Part shown: positions 23,101 to 38,100 of the stretch, in pieces
Position numbering within the stretch: the first letter of the stretch is position 1
Layout: each line of letters begins with the position of its first letter
Source of the DNA: Ascidiella aspersa
Lineage: Eukaryota
DNA: 64,000 bases
Direction: 5' to 3'
Assembly: GCA_963924565.1 (NCBI GenBank)
Contig: OZ004613.1
Coordinates: 10,230,001 to 10,294,000 of the forward strand
Position numbers and translations under genes: made by a program
Notes under the pieces: model-generated
Told to the model about the DNA's origin: nothing
Databases searched by the model: none
What the model saw: the letters and a program-made list of their open reading frames with translations, nothing else

Positions 23101-26100
23101 TAATTGACTTGTAAATTGAGTTTTTATATCTAGGAAATAACCAATGGCCTGGTAGAAAATATAATTTGTCTATTATGATTGTCACAGAATACTAAAAACA
23201 TCATGACTCATGAGTTGAGAATTCATGATTTTAAGCTATATTTGTCTTATTTATAAAGTCTAGAAATAAATGTGCTCCTGTTAAGCATATGTTTAGCTTT
23301 AGCGAGGCAAAATAAATTAAACGGCGTATATTCCAGACAGGTGGTTTGAACAGTTAATAATTTATAAAACTTTCGTTGAGTTTGTTTTGTTAACGCCGGT
23401 TGATGTACACTTTGGAATGTGTTTAAATATAGAATACCTTGCCTGCTTCTATAAGACGAACGAGCTTACATAGGTTACCGTTTTTCAAAAGCGATTTATT
23501 GAAATGGTAAGTTTGCAATAGGCTAATTGTTCATCAACAGCTTGTTAGAAGGGTAGGGCCTACACTATGCACAGATCTGTAATGTAGCTTGACAATAAAT
23601 TGCAAAGCCAAAAACAATTTCGTCCCATCTCTTATAAGTTATAAGTGATGCTTAAATTGATTCTCAGTCACATTAACTGAAGATGATACAAGCTCGTGTC
23701 AAAACGTCTTTATAATCAATTTACTATCAAGCTTGTTAGAAGCTTGATAAATTCAAATATTTTGTATATCCTCTTCTCGTTAATTGGTCTTATATTTTGA
23801 ACAAATTATGGTGAAGGCATTTTGTCGCGAAGTTCCTCATTTATTATTTTTTTACCCCATCATAGTTCACTCTTGTTAAAAACAAAGTGAACAGAGGTCA
23901 GATTTCTTCAAAATATCCCCTAACTCTGAGGCGAAGAACTCCAAGATAAACATGAATCGTAAAACAACTGGAACAGTCGCAAATACTCAATCCTGCTGTT
24001 TTCTGGTAATTAAAAGCGCAACGCCGAAGTACAACCAGGTGTGTTGCATTGGCCTTGCGCAACGGAGCGATAGGCAAGCTAAAAACGCCGGTGAGAGCTT
24101 GTAATGACCATATTTAGTAAGCCAGCAGCATCGCCAGCGGATCAGAAAGCCGTACGAGCGACCGGGCATGTATCTTATGGACTTGGTAGCGGTTGAGACA
24201 AGGAAAATCTCAGCCGGCTTTTTGTAAACAGTCGACGGCAGGTTTTTGTTTGATTCGACGCAGGGAATTAACGTTTAACGTTCGGGCACGTCTTGCGAGT
24301 TGCAAATCCGTCCCAATGCTGATCTGTTTGTTTAAATTGCGGCGTGCGCGCCGAGACTTTTGCTAAATTTACACCAGGCGTTCTCCGAAAACCGTCGGTG
24401 CTTTGATTTTGCGGCGCGCTTGACACGAGTTCTAACACACAATCTCTCTCAAAGGCGAACTTGTTTACGGCTAGCGCACCTGGTCGACTCGCCCTAGTTT
24501 GCCAGCCAACTTGAAAAGGCCAGGTTTCATTCTCACTACCGCACAGACATGTGTGCTATAAGCTGATCCAGGAAACATTTTTATATCGGACGCCAATGAC
24601 AACAACACGAAGCTTGGATAAATTTTGGGCTGTTGCATAAGGCAAAAACAATACTTTAATTTAAAACATCGATAAGTAAAAACAAAAGATGTTTACGCAG
24701 ATCACCCACCCCAAATAAACACAAATTAAAAAAATTGGAAATAAAGCTAAACTTGACAAACCAGGAAAGTATTCCAACATGCACTAAAATGGTTTACCCC
24801 ACATCTAAAGGTCAAGTAAAAGTGCATATGTTAAGATCGTATGACCAAGGTTTAAAAGTGAAGCATAAATAAACGGGGAAAAGATTATTTCTCTAATTCA
24901 AAATTAGCGGCTCTTGGAAAGGCCCTTAAAAAGATGCGAAAGAAAACGTTAGTTTTTGCCGCTTTGTTTTTCACCATTTAACATATATCGTGACAACAAA
25001 AACCGGCTAAAAACTTCTAAAATCAAGGAGATAAAATAAATCAGAAAACGGCATTGAAATTTAAGGCAAGGCCTTGCGCGCGAAACGAAGATCGACTCTC
25101 TTCCACCGATTAGCTGTTGTTCGTGGCTGACATGATCGGAAACTCCCGAATTGTGGGTCTCAAACCTGCTCGCGCGCCTGAGCCTAAGCCGAAGCTCTTA
25201 TCAGACGCGCGCGAGTCGTACAAGAAGGCGAGATTGGGCGATTAGCTGGTGGTGTCAAAACAAGCGTTCGCCACGCCGCCGGGCAATTAGCAGCCGACCA
25301 CCGGCGACCTAGGCATTGTTCCTCTGTATGTATAGGTGCTGTAAGACTGTATTAAAACATTAGAACGTCGAAGCGGGCCATTGCGCTTTGTTTGTGCGAA
25401 AAACACCCGCTGAAACTGTGTCGGCTAGGGTTTAGAACAACTCGCTTCGGGATTAATTGTGTCCCGTAATATCGGATTGGACTCGGTACCCGATTCAAAT
25501 TGATATTATCGGTACTCGTACGATACTAGTGGGTGGTGTTGGCACCTTCTCATACGATAAAAATGTACATTTAAGATGTTTATTTCCTATTTAACCTTGG
25601 CGTAACGCACGCTCAATTTATTTTCACTAAAAATCGTGGAAAAATTAATTTCCCATAGCACAAAACAAAATTTCTGCCAAATAACCTGGAGAAAATTACA
25701 ATCGCAGTTTTCAATTTAAATAAATTCCACCTAATTGAACAAAGTAATGACGTTTAGTATCGGGGCGGGCATTAGCATTTTTAGCCCAAAATACCGGGTA
25801 TCGGAATCGCAGTATAATACCTCAAGTTCGGATATGGTTATTTGGGATGTCGTCTATTGTAATTCAACACGTTTTTTTGTGGTTCTCACTATAGTGATAT
25901 CCTGTATAGGTCAGATTTGAGCGCCATCGATTAAAATGCTTCACGCCAGCCTTGTTGTTTTCCCCTCACGTGTGAAGCAATGCCAGAAAGTTGGGAGGTG
26001 GCAAAAGAGTAAATGCCGTCACGGCGCGTTTTTTTTAGGTTCGTGTTTGTTTTCCCCCGAGACAGATTCTCGCACCTAACGCGAGGCCACCCCGAATGGT

Positions 26101-29100
26101 TTTCCGTAAAAACGAAGCAATCAGGTGTGCTGCTATAAAAGCCGATTTAAATGAACTGAGTAATTTTCTAGCCAATAAAATTAGTTTCTGCGCATTTTAT
26201 TCTAAATTTTTGCAATCCAGGTGAACATGTGTTTCCTTGCTTGGCGTTTTACAGAGAAATAGCAACATCCAGCAATCCTAAACCGCGTTCCACATAATAT
26301 TACTCGTATAGGGAGATCTTGTTGCCAAATTTTATTGAGTATATTAGGTTTGGACAGGAAAACTATTATCTCGTTTCTATTTAACCTGGTAGTATAACGA
26401 ATTGTACACAATATGTTAAACACAGATATATTAATAATTACCATATATAAAAAAAAAAGTTATACGCTGGTCTTTAACTGTATAATTTATCATACCAAAA
26501 TAGGTAAATCACTTTAATCTATTTGACAATTGCAAATGTCTACTATAATCTAATCAATTATAGACTGCTATAATAGTGACGCTATTCCCGACAGACGTTA
26601 TTACCGCTTGCGGTAAACAAGATGACCGACGTCATACTTTATTACATATTCGCGTTTGCCACTTGAGTGCCACTACAACGATTACACTTGAGCTCTTGAA
26701 AATCGCTCTGTTTTGGCGGCGGCCGCAAAATTAATTTGCCGCCATTTTTTCGGCCAGTGAAAACACTTGACTACCAATGAATAGCAGGTTGATGTTTTGC
26801 GCGTGGAGCTAAGTGAAATGTTGGGGCATTTTCCCGATGAGAAGCATTTCTCCGCACGACAGTTTTGACGATTTTAAAACTGGGTAATAAACAATATTGC
26901 GTTTTTCGTTTGAGGGAACCTGAAGTGGGGTTAGGGGGTCGGTATTTGCATACCCAAGTGGATATTCGAGACCCAGTCATGGCTTAACAAGGGTATTACC
27001 CGTTTCGTTTTTGTGGGGGCAGAAAAATATAAATATTGCGGCTTGTCTCTTCTTCCAACCGGTAAACAAAATATAAGGGACGGTTTGAGATAGGTGTAAA
27101 AAAGGAAAAGACCACAGCCTTGTCAAATTAAAAAATTTTCGACTTTGAATTTCAACAAATTTTAGTGTCAACCAGTTTAAGGTGGTTCAAACAGATTGCT
27201 GACCAAAAATCTGGTAAATTACCAAATTGTAAAAAATACATACCGATAAAGACAGTTTTGCCAATTTTAAAATTCTCAATCAATACTTTTGTTAACCTTC
27301 GGAAGTGGTTTGCAGGCAGCCGTGCGTGACCCATTAGAAGCGCCCCTGGCTCCGTATGTTTAGACAGGGGTCGTCACGCTCGACCGCCCTTTAAATTGCA
27401 GCGGCGGCTGAAGCACCCTCGAATTACCGAAACGCGAGATCGCCCCGCGATATTGCCTCGCGTAAATCGTGCGGCGCGAGATCCCAAGAAACCCGCGTGA
27501 TGACGTAATCTTTAGCGCCACATCGGCCGTGACGTAAACAACAGGCGGGTGACGATCGATTCCCGCTTCGAGATTTTCGGTTTGACGACATTTGGAAGGA
27601 TTTTGAGGTAGCTTTACGGGCGACGGATTTCTTTCGCAAATCCGACACTCCTTTCGTATTCGCATATCGCGGGTCCGGCGGCCAACATCTGACGGATTTT
27701 CGCGCGTCGCGATGCAAATTGGCGTGGATTAAAGCGCTGGCTTGTCGCTGAGCTTTTGTACACCGCACATCACGTACACAGGACCGGTCAAAATACACAG
27801 CACGGCCTCGGCTTTGCGAACATCACCTGCGCTCCAATGCCTAAAGACGAAGGCGGAAGCTTACGGCTGAGGCTATAAACCCGTCGTATATGGGCATCTT
27901 ACAAAGCAGCAGCACATCTAGCAGCAGAATCAGTAAAGCGATTATCGCCAGCAACTGTGTAGCGCATTCTCCTAAAGCCGCAAGCCGCTTAGAGCGCGGG
28001 TTGGTCGGCTCGGCCAAGCCGCGGCGGCACGACGGCGAAATCGAGGCAAACCGCTTCCAGCAACAGAAGCAGGTCTCGCCAGCAGCGCAGATCGGCCACC
28101 GCATGTTTAACTCTGAAGAATCGCGTTACTATAGCGTGAAGGATCTCGCCGAAACATACGACGTGCGGAGTTAGCTGTTTTCTGGCTTTAATAACTGTAA
28201 AAAATCTTGCCTCCGATGCACTTCCAAGACGTTTATGGCCGTGGTTCGCAGGTTGTCATACATTTGAAAAAAATGTCGGGATGCAATAAAATTCCCAAAC
28301 TGAAGCATCTTATCTAAATATGTCTCCCATTTTCACATAATACAGCATATTACGCTGTTGTAAGACAAAATAAGTGCCAATGTCGTATAAATATAATAAT
28401 TGACATTTTTAGCTGTAACAAACGATAACTTGCGAGACTGATAGAGATTTTTAATGAGTGTTTCCAATAAAACACTCAGTATATGTTGTTTCTTAGTCTT
28501 AAAAGCCCTATAGGTTGTAAATTTGTTTTTAAAGCTGCTGCAGCGCGTAAAAAGGCTGAGCCCCAAGGATTTTCTTACGCTTGTCAAAAATTCGAACTAT
28601 TTTGTGTGCCCTTTGTTCGCCTTTTCTCCATTCGCAGGAAATTGGAAAACGTAATTTATTTCTTTAAACCAGCAACAGGGGAGTAGAACGAAACCAGGGT
28701 ATAATTCCAAATATATGCAAGTTTTTACCTTAATATACACAATCTCTTTAAAACTCGTATACTTGTTGTTTCTAACCTTTCTTAAAAACCCGAAGTAAAG
28801 ATCAGAATAAAGTGTTTATTCCCAAAAAACGAGAGTGGGGTGAACATTACCATACAAAAGAACTGATGTGGGTCACACATGATTTTAATTAAACGAGCAA
28901 TATCTCGCCGTCTGTTAGTTCAAGTCGCACTTAGGTCCATCACCCACCAAATGACAACACGCATCGACCTCGCAAAATCGCAATTGTCCGGGTCGCGGAC
29001 TTCGTCATTTTGCGAAATTGAAAAGCGACAGAAAAGCGCATGTCGAAAGCGGTGATCCACAACGATCAAAACGCGACGGGACGGAAAACAAGAGAACTAG

Positions 29101-32100
29101 AAATCGTCTGAAATAGTTTTCCGCCTCTTTGAACAGCAGGGCCGAGCCACATCCGAAAACACCCTTAAAAGCCTATATGCGCATCGAACGACTTGCATGC
29201 AATGTGGGGCTGAAAATCAGTCATCGGGTATAACCACTCGCGTCAGCTTGAGTGTCATTGTGGCATATTTACGGAACTATACGCTTTGCCGTCCTTAATG
29301 GGGCTTTGAGTTTACTTTGCTGTAGTCCTACTGTTTTTTCTGTACTTTTCAGGGCGTCGTTTTATTTTTTAAGCGTTTAATTTCGTTAGCGGCTTTTGGA
29401 TTGAAAACGGCCAAGTTTCCAATTTCATGTCGATTGGCGGTCGATCTTGGAAGTGAAGTAATGTACCGGCAAAGTTTAGCGTGGAACACAGACTCGCACT
29501 CAAAAGCGAGCGAGACATTGAAGTGAAAAGTAAAAATCGATCTTTCGCCATTTTTATCGATGTTTTTTCTCATAATTTGACATACCTCCGAAATAGTGTG
29601 TCGAATCACTTCAACCCTAGCGTTTAATCGATACAAAGTAGGGACTCGATGTATACCTGCATGGGTATAATGTACACAGCTGACTGGCGCGACCGATCTT
29701 AAGCGAACGGCAAAAACAGGACATTTTATCCCGCTTATTTATCGAAGGAAAGATCGATTTCAACCGCCTTCTAAAGATTATGTCCGATATAGCTCCAACG
29801 CGAAAAATCGTTTAGCCAGGATTACTATCCGGCTTGTTTGTTTTCTTACAACATTGGCTGAGGAAGGACAACGTTTGTATACTCGATATGCAACCCCTAA
29901 TTTTTATCTCCCGCTACATTTTATATACAAATAACAAAAATGCTCAATGGTAAAAACAATGCCTGGCAGCAACAGTATATTCAACAAAACTGCTATTTGG
30001 GTTGGTCAAAAACGTATATTTACAGTATGATTTGCTCGTTATGTGGATATATATCTCTGTTTAACCTCTCTTTTTGCAGTATATCCCAACCTCGGTTTAA
30101 AGAAAGTATGTGAAAATCGCTTGGGGTGGATAAAACTTTATTTGGCTATCAAGGACTATAGCCCACTTACATGTATTGAAGCTTTAGAAATCCGGAAAAT
30201 GTTCTCGCGCTGATGCTTTCCAGTTGATCGTCCAACTCCAGGTTGCTGCAAAACACAAAAACACATATACATGGATTATCCTACACGTTGTTATAATTCT
30301 CAAATTCCAGTTGAAGTCATTAATTACTCAAAGTCTCAGCCAAGTCATTATTATAGTCAACACCGAGTGATTACCGTTAAAAGTGCACGTTAAATTGATG
30401 AAATTTGTAAACACGCCCGGTCGTCCGGGTATGAGCAATAGCTCTACTAAAAATATCAAACTCGAAATTGAGATAACTTGCAAATGTTTATTAAAAAATA
30501 TTTAAATGGAAACACTTAACTCTGGTCATTTATCCAAACGACTTGAGTCAAGTCATGTCGTTTACACAAAAAGTCATTTATAAACAGTGGTACCAATACT
30601 GTACACTAGTATATGTTTGTGTGGTACGAAAGCTGCAAAAGGTCGCAAATGCTGATATGGAAACAAGATAATGTAGGAAGTTCTTTGTAAAGCACAATGT
30701 TTCACATTCTTGTCAGTTTTATTGCCTATAAGTTAGGAAGAATAAAGACATGGTAAATTTGTTGGTAAGATACTGCAAAAACATCAAGTACTGTAAAAAA
30801 CCCTAAAACTATAGATATAGCTTGTTTGAGTCTTAAAACCAAACAAACCTTGCGTGAAAGGGCATGGGGCTTCATGGGTGACTGCAGTTGTTACTTTCGA
30901 TTAAAATATAGGTCCATATAAAGAGCAGGCGAGCCACACGTTTTCCGCCAGCAAACCGGAAAACGTAAACCACCCACCAGCACAAACGACAACAACACTA
31001 GCGTGATCAGGCAAAGTATAAATACGAACAAGAAGGTTTGGCTTGCTATTACTGTACAGGAGGCAAAGCGACATGGCTTTGGAGCGACAACTGTTTATCG
31101 AATCGTGATCGCATGCGCTGTCCGGCGGGCCGCAACCAAAACGTCAATCCCGTCTTAGCGACAACAAATAACCGCGAGCTCGCCGACTGGATGACTAGAT
31201 GGATGGATGGTTGGATTGATGGCCAAAGGGAGAGGCGCTTCAAGCCGCAAGGATCAGCGGCAAGATAAAAATGCCCGAAAGCCCAAAGAGGCGCGATGCA
31301 GTCAGGCCATGGAGCGATTCATTCGAAAAACAAAGACCTCGAGGCGCTACACCGCGAGTTATCGGGATTAAGTCGGACTGCGATCGTTCGCGGATTAAGC
31401 AGCACCAGCAGCTAGAAGGTCCGATTCAATACTGGGCACGTTGAACTACGGGTCTTAGGCAGAGCGTATACACGGACTCCAGAGAATTACGGGGTTGCAT
31501 CCAGGGTGACGTACGGCCCCAATAAGTGGCGTGGGTATATTTTGATGACCCGTGTGGGTTTTAACATACGATTTCCTCAAATCAAAGGAAATCTTACGTT
31601 AGCGTGGCGAGATTTTTCGCCAAATCCCGATCGTGTCCTTCTAGTGTTTAATCCTATTAGTCCGCGCCGCGTAAAGGAGATAACCCTGGAACAGCAGCTC
31701 GCTCCCAGCAAAAGTATAACGCCGCAACCTGGCAACTGATAACGCACTGCAGCCGACGGGCTTGAGTAAGATTAATGACGCCTGGCTGTCGGTTTACAGC
31801 TGCACTTACTTGGGTATTTCGTTGTTTTCGCAATAACGTCGGTGTTTGTTTGTGCTAAAGGTTTTTACACACCGGCAAAAGGAAAGCATGTTATAAACAC
31901 TTGCCCAGTGAAAACCTTCTAAACTAAACCAGTCCTCGATTTGCTATAAATGCTATCCGTATTGGTTTAGTTACGAAAAAGGTTCATATATTATGAGCAG
32001 TTTTCAAGGATTTAGTTTCAACGGAAATATTTACGGTGTTTAAAAACATAATCCCGGAAGGGATCCGAAATCGTACAAATTTCTCCAACGAAGATCCCTG

Positions 32101-35100
32101 TAATCCTCCCATATACACATCTTCTAAGTGCCAAGGGCGGTCTATTTAACCGTTACACTTGCCGCCGACTGAACTCTTCAAAAACTCGTAAGGCGACTGT
32201 ACAAAGGAAGCCAGCATCGTGTAAACAAGAACGGGCAAGAGTGCGAAAATACGCCCGATTCCGGCACGTTTTCCGACTTAGCGCATCAACCGCGAATCCA
32301 CAGCGCGAAGAAGACAACGAGGCGGGATTAGGCGCCGGGATGTTGACGGGATGTTTGCTAAACGGGCGACGAAGGAGAATTTGAGCGCCTTCAGTTAGCG
32401 CTTGGCTGTACGACGGCAAACCCAATATGGATGTTTAAATATATCTATTGAGCACCATCTGACCGGTACTCAACCGATATTGGGATATTCAATTCAGATT
32501 CAATAGCAAACAGACATAGACTTTTCATCAATGACATGCCAGTCAAAGCACAATTTTTTAACTAAAAAAAAGCAAACTTATCAGAACATAGCAAATTAAC
32601 AAACCAAGATAACAGTATGTCGTTAACGCTACCGAAAATGTTGCCCAAACAAAATTTGGCAAGTTTCAATTTCAATAGTTTTGCTAATTGATCATGTTTA
32701 TGATTTGGGTGAACAGATCGGACGGTGCGCTTTAGCCAAAAATTAATTGCATTTTGCAACACAAAGTATTGGACCTCGTTTTTTCACCACCTGGTCCGTC
32801 CTGGTCGCTCCCGGCCGCTTCCTAGAAAAATCTCGATGCGATATCTCGGACGCGTTTGCGCGTGCGTGTGTGTGTGTGCTTGGTGTTAATCCACGGCGTG
32901 GCACTGCAAAATAATCAACTCGTTGCGCGAGCGAACACGTTGCCTCCGTATTGGCCGTCGATTGGCGATAATTTGTCCGCTAGATTACAGGGCGCTTTGC
33001 CGCCGAGTTACCGGCGCGCGAGTGCTCGCTCGGAAATGTTAAGGTAAGGGGTACACGGGAAACTAGCAGGCTTTCCCCAATTTGCCCTTATATTGTTTCG
33101 ACGCTGGCTGTAAAGGCTTTAATTCGACGCGTGACACGTTTTCGACTTTTCTGGCCTTGTTGGTGCGAAGCGGCGACGAGCGTCCGCCGAATTCTGGAAA
33201 CTTCCTTATAACGATGACGTACAGTAAATTAGGGGTCTCGTGGTTAAATATTAGCTTCTGGTGCAGCTGGTTATCTGTTTATCTCCAACCTTCTGCTAAA
33301 TTGTGGAGCGTAATGGCTGGAGGTTATAGTAAAGACGTAATAAGAATATCAAGCTCACACGGAAGGAGGTATCATTTTGAACGTTTCGAATAACTTTTTA
33401 TTCATCATCAAAATGAATAAAGAATGATTCGAAACGTTCAAAATGATACCTACTTCTATACGGGCTTTGATATTCTTGTTACGTTCTGCTAACTCTTGCC
33501 CATCTAGTAACGATATGAAACTGCTTCACCCGGAAAGCATCATGTGAGAACCTAAATGCCTTGTTTGGTTTTGTATGCAAAGAACTCGACCAACATGGCG
33601 TAAAAGTTTTGACGTCAAACATATGACTCATGCGCATTCTCTCGCAAACACTCTTCCAAGGTCGAGTGGCGCCCAAAAGTACTTGGTCAATAAAAGGCCA
33701 GACTAAACGTACTTGTGCCAATGGCCATATAGCAACTTCCAAACCAGGCAACCCATGTTACCCAACCCTTCAGTCGGATAGATTCTAAATGAAACTCATC
33801 CCAAGATTTAACAAGGCGACTGCTGCATCTGAAGCGGTATTGTAATTTGCGTACAAAGGACGATTGAAGGAACATAACTTCAACAGACTTTGAAATGGGA
33901 GCCCGTCGCCTTTCTAAGGGGTCATTGCCACAGAGGCGCCACAGATAAAGGGGTTTAAGAGTCGGTTGTCACGTTTTAGACATTCGCAACAGCGTCGGTC
34001 TTAAACAAGCAACGGGATTAGGGGCACTCAAGACGAAAAACAGCTCCGCACAATTTCGGCTTTTAAGACTGCATTAAGTGAATACACACCGCTTTGTTTC
34101 GCCTCCCTCCGGGGTTAATCCAAGTCCTTTCGGCGATCGTTGCACGCAAGTGGACCAAGAGATTAACCCACGGGGTCAATAACGTTAGTCATTCGTGGTC
34201 TGTAAAAGCACCTCACACTCCAACAAAACGTCCCGAAAAAACGGCAGTCAAAACATTGCAAAGTGGTAGCCTCCTGTATAAAGAAGTTTTTCCCATTTTC
34301 CAATACCGTTCCAGCAATCCAATATAATTCGAAGCTTTGAAACAAGATGCTTTCCCTTAATGTTTCATACTTTTCTTTTGACAGCTCACTTTTGGAAAAC
34401 TCTTATGGAAGAGTAGAACCTTTGTCATAACAATTTTGACATAGTGTGGGTTCATAGAAACCATACTTTCAAGACATTTAAACCATTAAGCGATACGTGG
34501 GAAGAAACGCTACATCTACACAGTTGACGTTAATCAACTTGACGAGTGCGCCCACTACTTTCCTTCCACCGTAAAATTGCGCACTCGAGATAAAGAAAAC
34601 GCAAGTCAGTTTTTCGGCGGAGGGAATTGTTTGAGTATGCTCCTAATGAATGTCGGTCAGGTATCATGCCGCATTGACGCGGGCACTTATGGAAGATGCT
34701 GTATTCGCTTGGAGCCACACAACTTCATTATCCATTGTTCGTTATAGACTGATGTCGCTTGCCCTAGCTTTTCGCAAGCTCTAAATCAGAGGTAAACCAA
34801 CCTAAGGCCCATGGGCCGGATGTGGTCTGCCGTCTGTTTGAAAAGCTAGGCACGACGCCATTTTTTATACCTATTGATGATTTTAACTAATACGTAAATG
34901 CGCGAAAATTTATTATTTCATCCAGCATGTCGATATAGTTTTGATAAAATCGTTTCAGGCTAAGGGCGCCATGCTTATACCCTGGAATAAACATTAGAGT
35001 TTGCCAAATTCGTATATCTAAATTTTGGCCAACTCGGTATATCAACACATTACTACCCCTAAGATGTAATTATACATTTTTAAGTCGAAATACCTTTTTA

Positions 35101-38100
35101 AATTGCTTAAAAAATAACTCTTTATAAATTTAGAGCAACACAATTATCAGTTGAAATTTAGTGCGGCCCGAATAAACCTTTCTGAGTATAGTTTTTATGG
35201 CCCACGACAAAAAATGGTGCCGACCCCTCATCTATCAACGAAATAATTGTGTTATTAAACAATTAGTTTTGGTCAAACTAGTCTTGAAAGTCGATGGTCT
35301 TCAGAATACTCATATCCATGTCTATCGAAAAAAAGGAAAGATCGCTTGCGTTAAAACACAAGCTTAACTGTTAAACCTGAAAGTGTCAAAGATCGAACCT
35401 CTACCAATCGAAACAGCTCTTGTGGTTGTTTTGTTTGTCTCCAACGTTTCAGGTCATACTCCGGTCGTTTCAACCAGGGTTAATAGCTGGTATGGCATGA
35501 CAAAGGTACAAAAGAAAAAAAGAAATGTTTTGGTCGATAATTGCGTGGGAGAAACAACTATATCTATTGAACCTCTACGTTCCACTGCCTGGTTAGCTCT
35601 TGCGGTCCGCATGCATCCCATAATTGTTGCGCTTCTGACAGAGCACCCAGCAGTCTACACTACAGAAAACGTCGAATACCCATGGCGCCGTGAAATAGGA
35701 GACGGGTTTGCGGCGTTTTAACCTTTGCGCACCACGGCAGTATTTCATCCATATTTCATTCGATCGGCGGCTAATTTTAGTCGCGCCGCCGGTCGAAATA
35801 GATTGGGTGTCCGTTTAATGGCCGCCCGGCCTTCAAGTGTAACCGTATTGCGGTTCCGTGATCGAATTTTTTGTTACACAAGTCGTGACCGTCTTGGGAA
35901 GGCAGACAAATCGATCCGGCCTTAACAGAATATATGTAGTTGTGCAAACCGCGCCATCGATCCCACTGTACGATTTATGTCGGTTGCAATTTGTTTTGCA
36001 GCTGAAGAAATGTGTCTTTATTCCGAGCAGACAACCATGCGGGTTATTATTATTATTCTTTCGTGACTGTCATGCCACTAACATGATCACTCGTAATTTC
36101 TTTTCTTTTTCAATTAGGATGTTGTGCCTTTCTCAATACTATAGACTTTTACCAGGCAGTCGGCTGCGTTTTCACCTCATGATATATCACGTTAATAGGG
36201 TTATACAAGGTTAGACGGTTTCATTTAAAGAGGTTGCTTAGGTAGCCTATGACTTTCCATCAGTATAGTAGTCAAAAATCTCTTTTAGACCTCTGTTACT
36301 TATTAGATTAGAACAGAGCGTCCCTTAGGCATTGGACCACCTATGGACTTTCGCCTTGTTCAACCTTATCACTAAAACGTTAAAAAACTATTTAGAAAAT
36401 GGTAGCCTATACTTACAAGTTGTTCAAATGCTGAAGCTGCGTCTTGTTGAATGAGCTTTGTCCAAGGGCGTGAATGGACGTTCGGGAAAGCGTTCTGCAA
36501 CAAAAGTTAATAAGGCCTAATAAAATTATGAAATAATTTGTTTAAATTGTATTAGGAATTAACTTTTTCTAAAATTCGAACGGTTCAATTTGTATGGGTA
36601 GCAGTTGGACTTGCACATGATCATAGCTCTATATCAGGCCTACAAAGCTCTTGATGGTTCAGTAGCCCCAACATACAAAAATATTTTGACGGACCGTCTA
36701 CTAAGTTGGTGTAACCTATGTAACGTTGTCATGCAAGCGAAACAAAGATATTCCGAAAAACCTCCAAGGTCACTTACAAGGAACGTAGTTAAATATCGTA
36801 TTGTTGAGGTTATAAGATGCATATGCAAGACTGTTTACCCTATTAAAGTAATAAACCAAAACATGTTATTACACGTCTATGGGCCACATTATATTTTACT
36901 TCGAAACAACCACAAACTGGTTTCTATAGAAATAACCACATTCGATAAAATGTGAACGGTTTAAAAACAATGAGCAGTTATGATTTGCTAAATTGCTTGT
37001 ATATCCCGACTAATAAAATGGCGATGTACTTAGCGGAATCCAAAATCCAAACAGACCAACTCACTAACCCCCCTGGGTATGTCATAACAAACATAGCACA
37101 GAAGGTATAGTTTACATGTATACCTCACTCTCCGCTCGGGTTTAACTTTGTTGGATTTAAGGATCAATGCCTAATCGCCAAAACACGATCTTTAATTGGA
37201 GAGGAATCGCTCGTGTTCACTTTACACACGTTTTACGGATGGCGGCGAAAACGACTTTTGCGTTTTGTCGCAAAGAGCCCTCATTATTGCCGAATGTCGT
37301 AAATTTGCGCCTGTTATCGCACAAGCTTCCATACGAGAGCCGCAGCTGTTACAATCGGCTTAATTTCAGCAAACTTGAAAACATAAAGTAAAAGTCCCGA
37401 AAAACAATATTCGTTTTAAATTATCAGCTTAAGTCTCCATTAATAATTTAAAAACGATCCCAACGCTCGTAAAACTTATTTTCCAATTTGGTCGCTTACA
37501 AAACTTTTGCGATGGGCGTTCGACAAGCTAATTACGTTATTCAGTGGTTCGCGATCAGCAAACGATATTGTAAGACAGCTTTGGCTTAATGAGTTAGGGA
37601 TCCTGATATATGTGTAATTTGGAACACAATACTTCGAACACTTAACTCTAAGCTCGGTCATGTGAACAAAAAAATTGCGAGTCCGGCTGGAATATGTCGT
37701 CACCGCATAAATATGAGTCTATTGTAAATTTGGCTAAGACAAATAATTGCACATGCACTAACGGCTGTTATTGAAACTTAAATTGAGCATTTTGAGCGAA
37801 TAAAATAAAATACTTTAAATGGAAACCCGGATAAAAGGGTTTTCTGTTGTTGGATTTTTCACTGTTCTCAGAAGGCGACAAATTTCAATCGATTTTTCGC
37901 CATATTCTCTAGTAAGCCGAAGAGCTAGTAATTCAGCTGTGTCAAAAAATTGAAACCACTATACAAAATACTCATCTAAGTAATTAGAAATGTATAACCT
38001 ATAGCCACCCTTTTTTAAACTTTAGATAATGGATCTGGCTGCTTTGTGGTTGTTTTTCAAGTTGTCCAAAGGTTATAGGAATATGTAAAACACAATTCTG

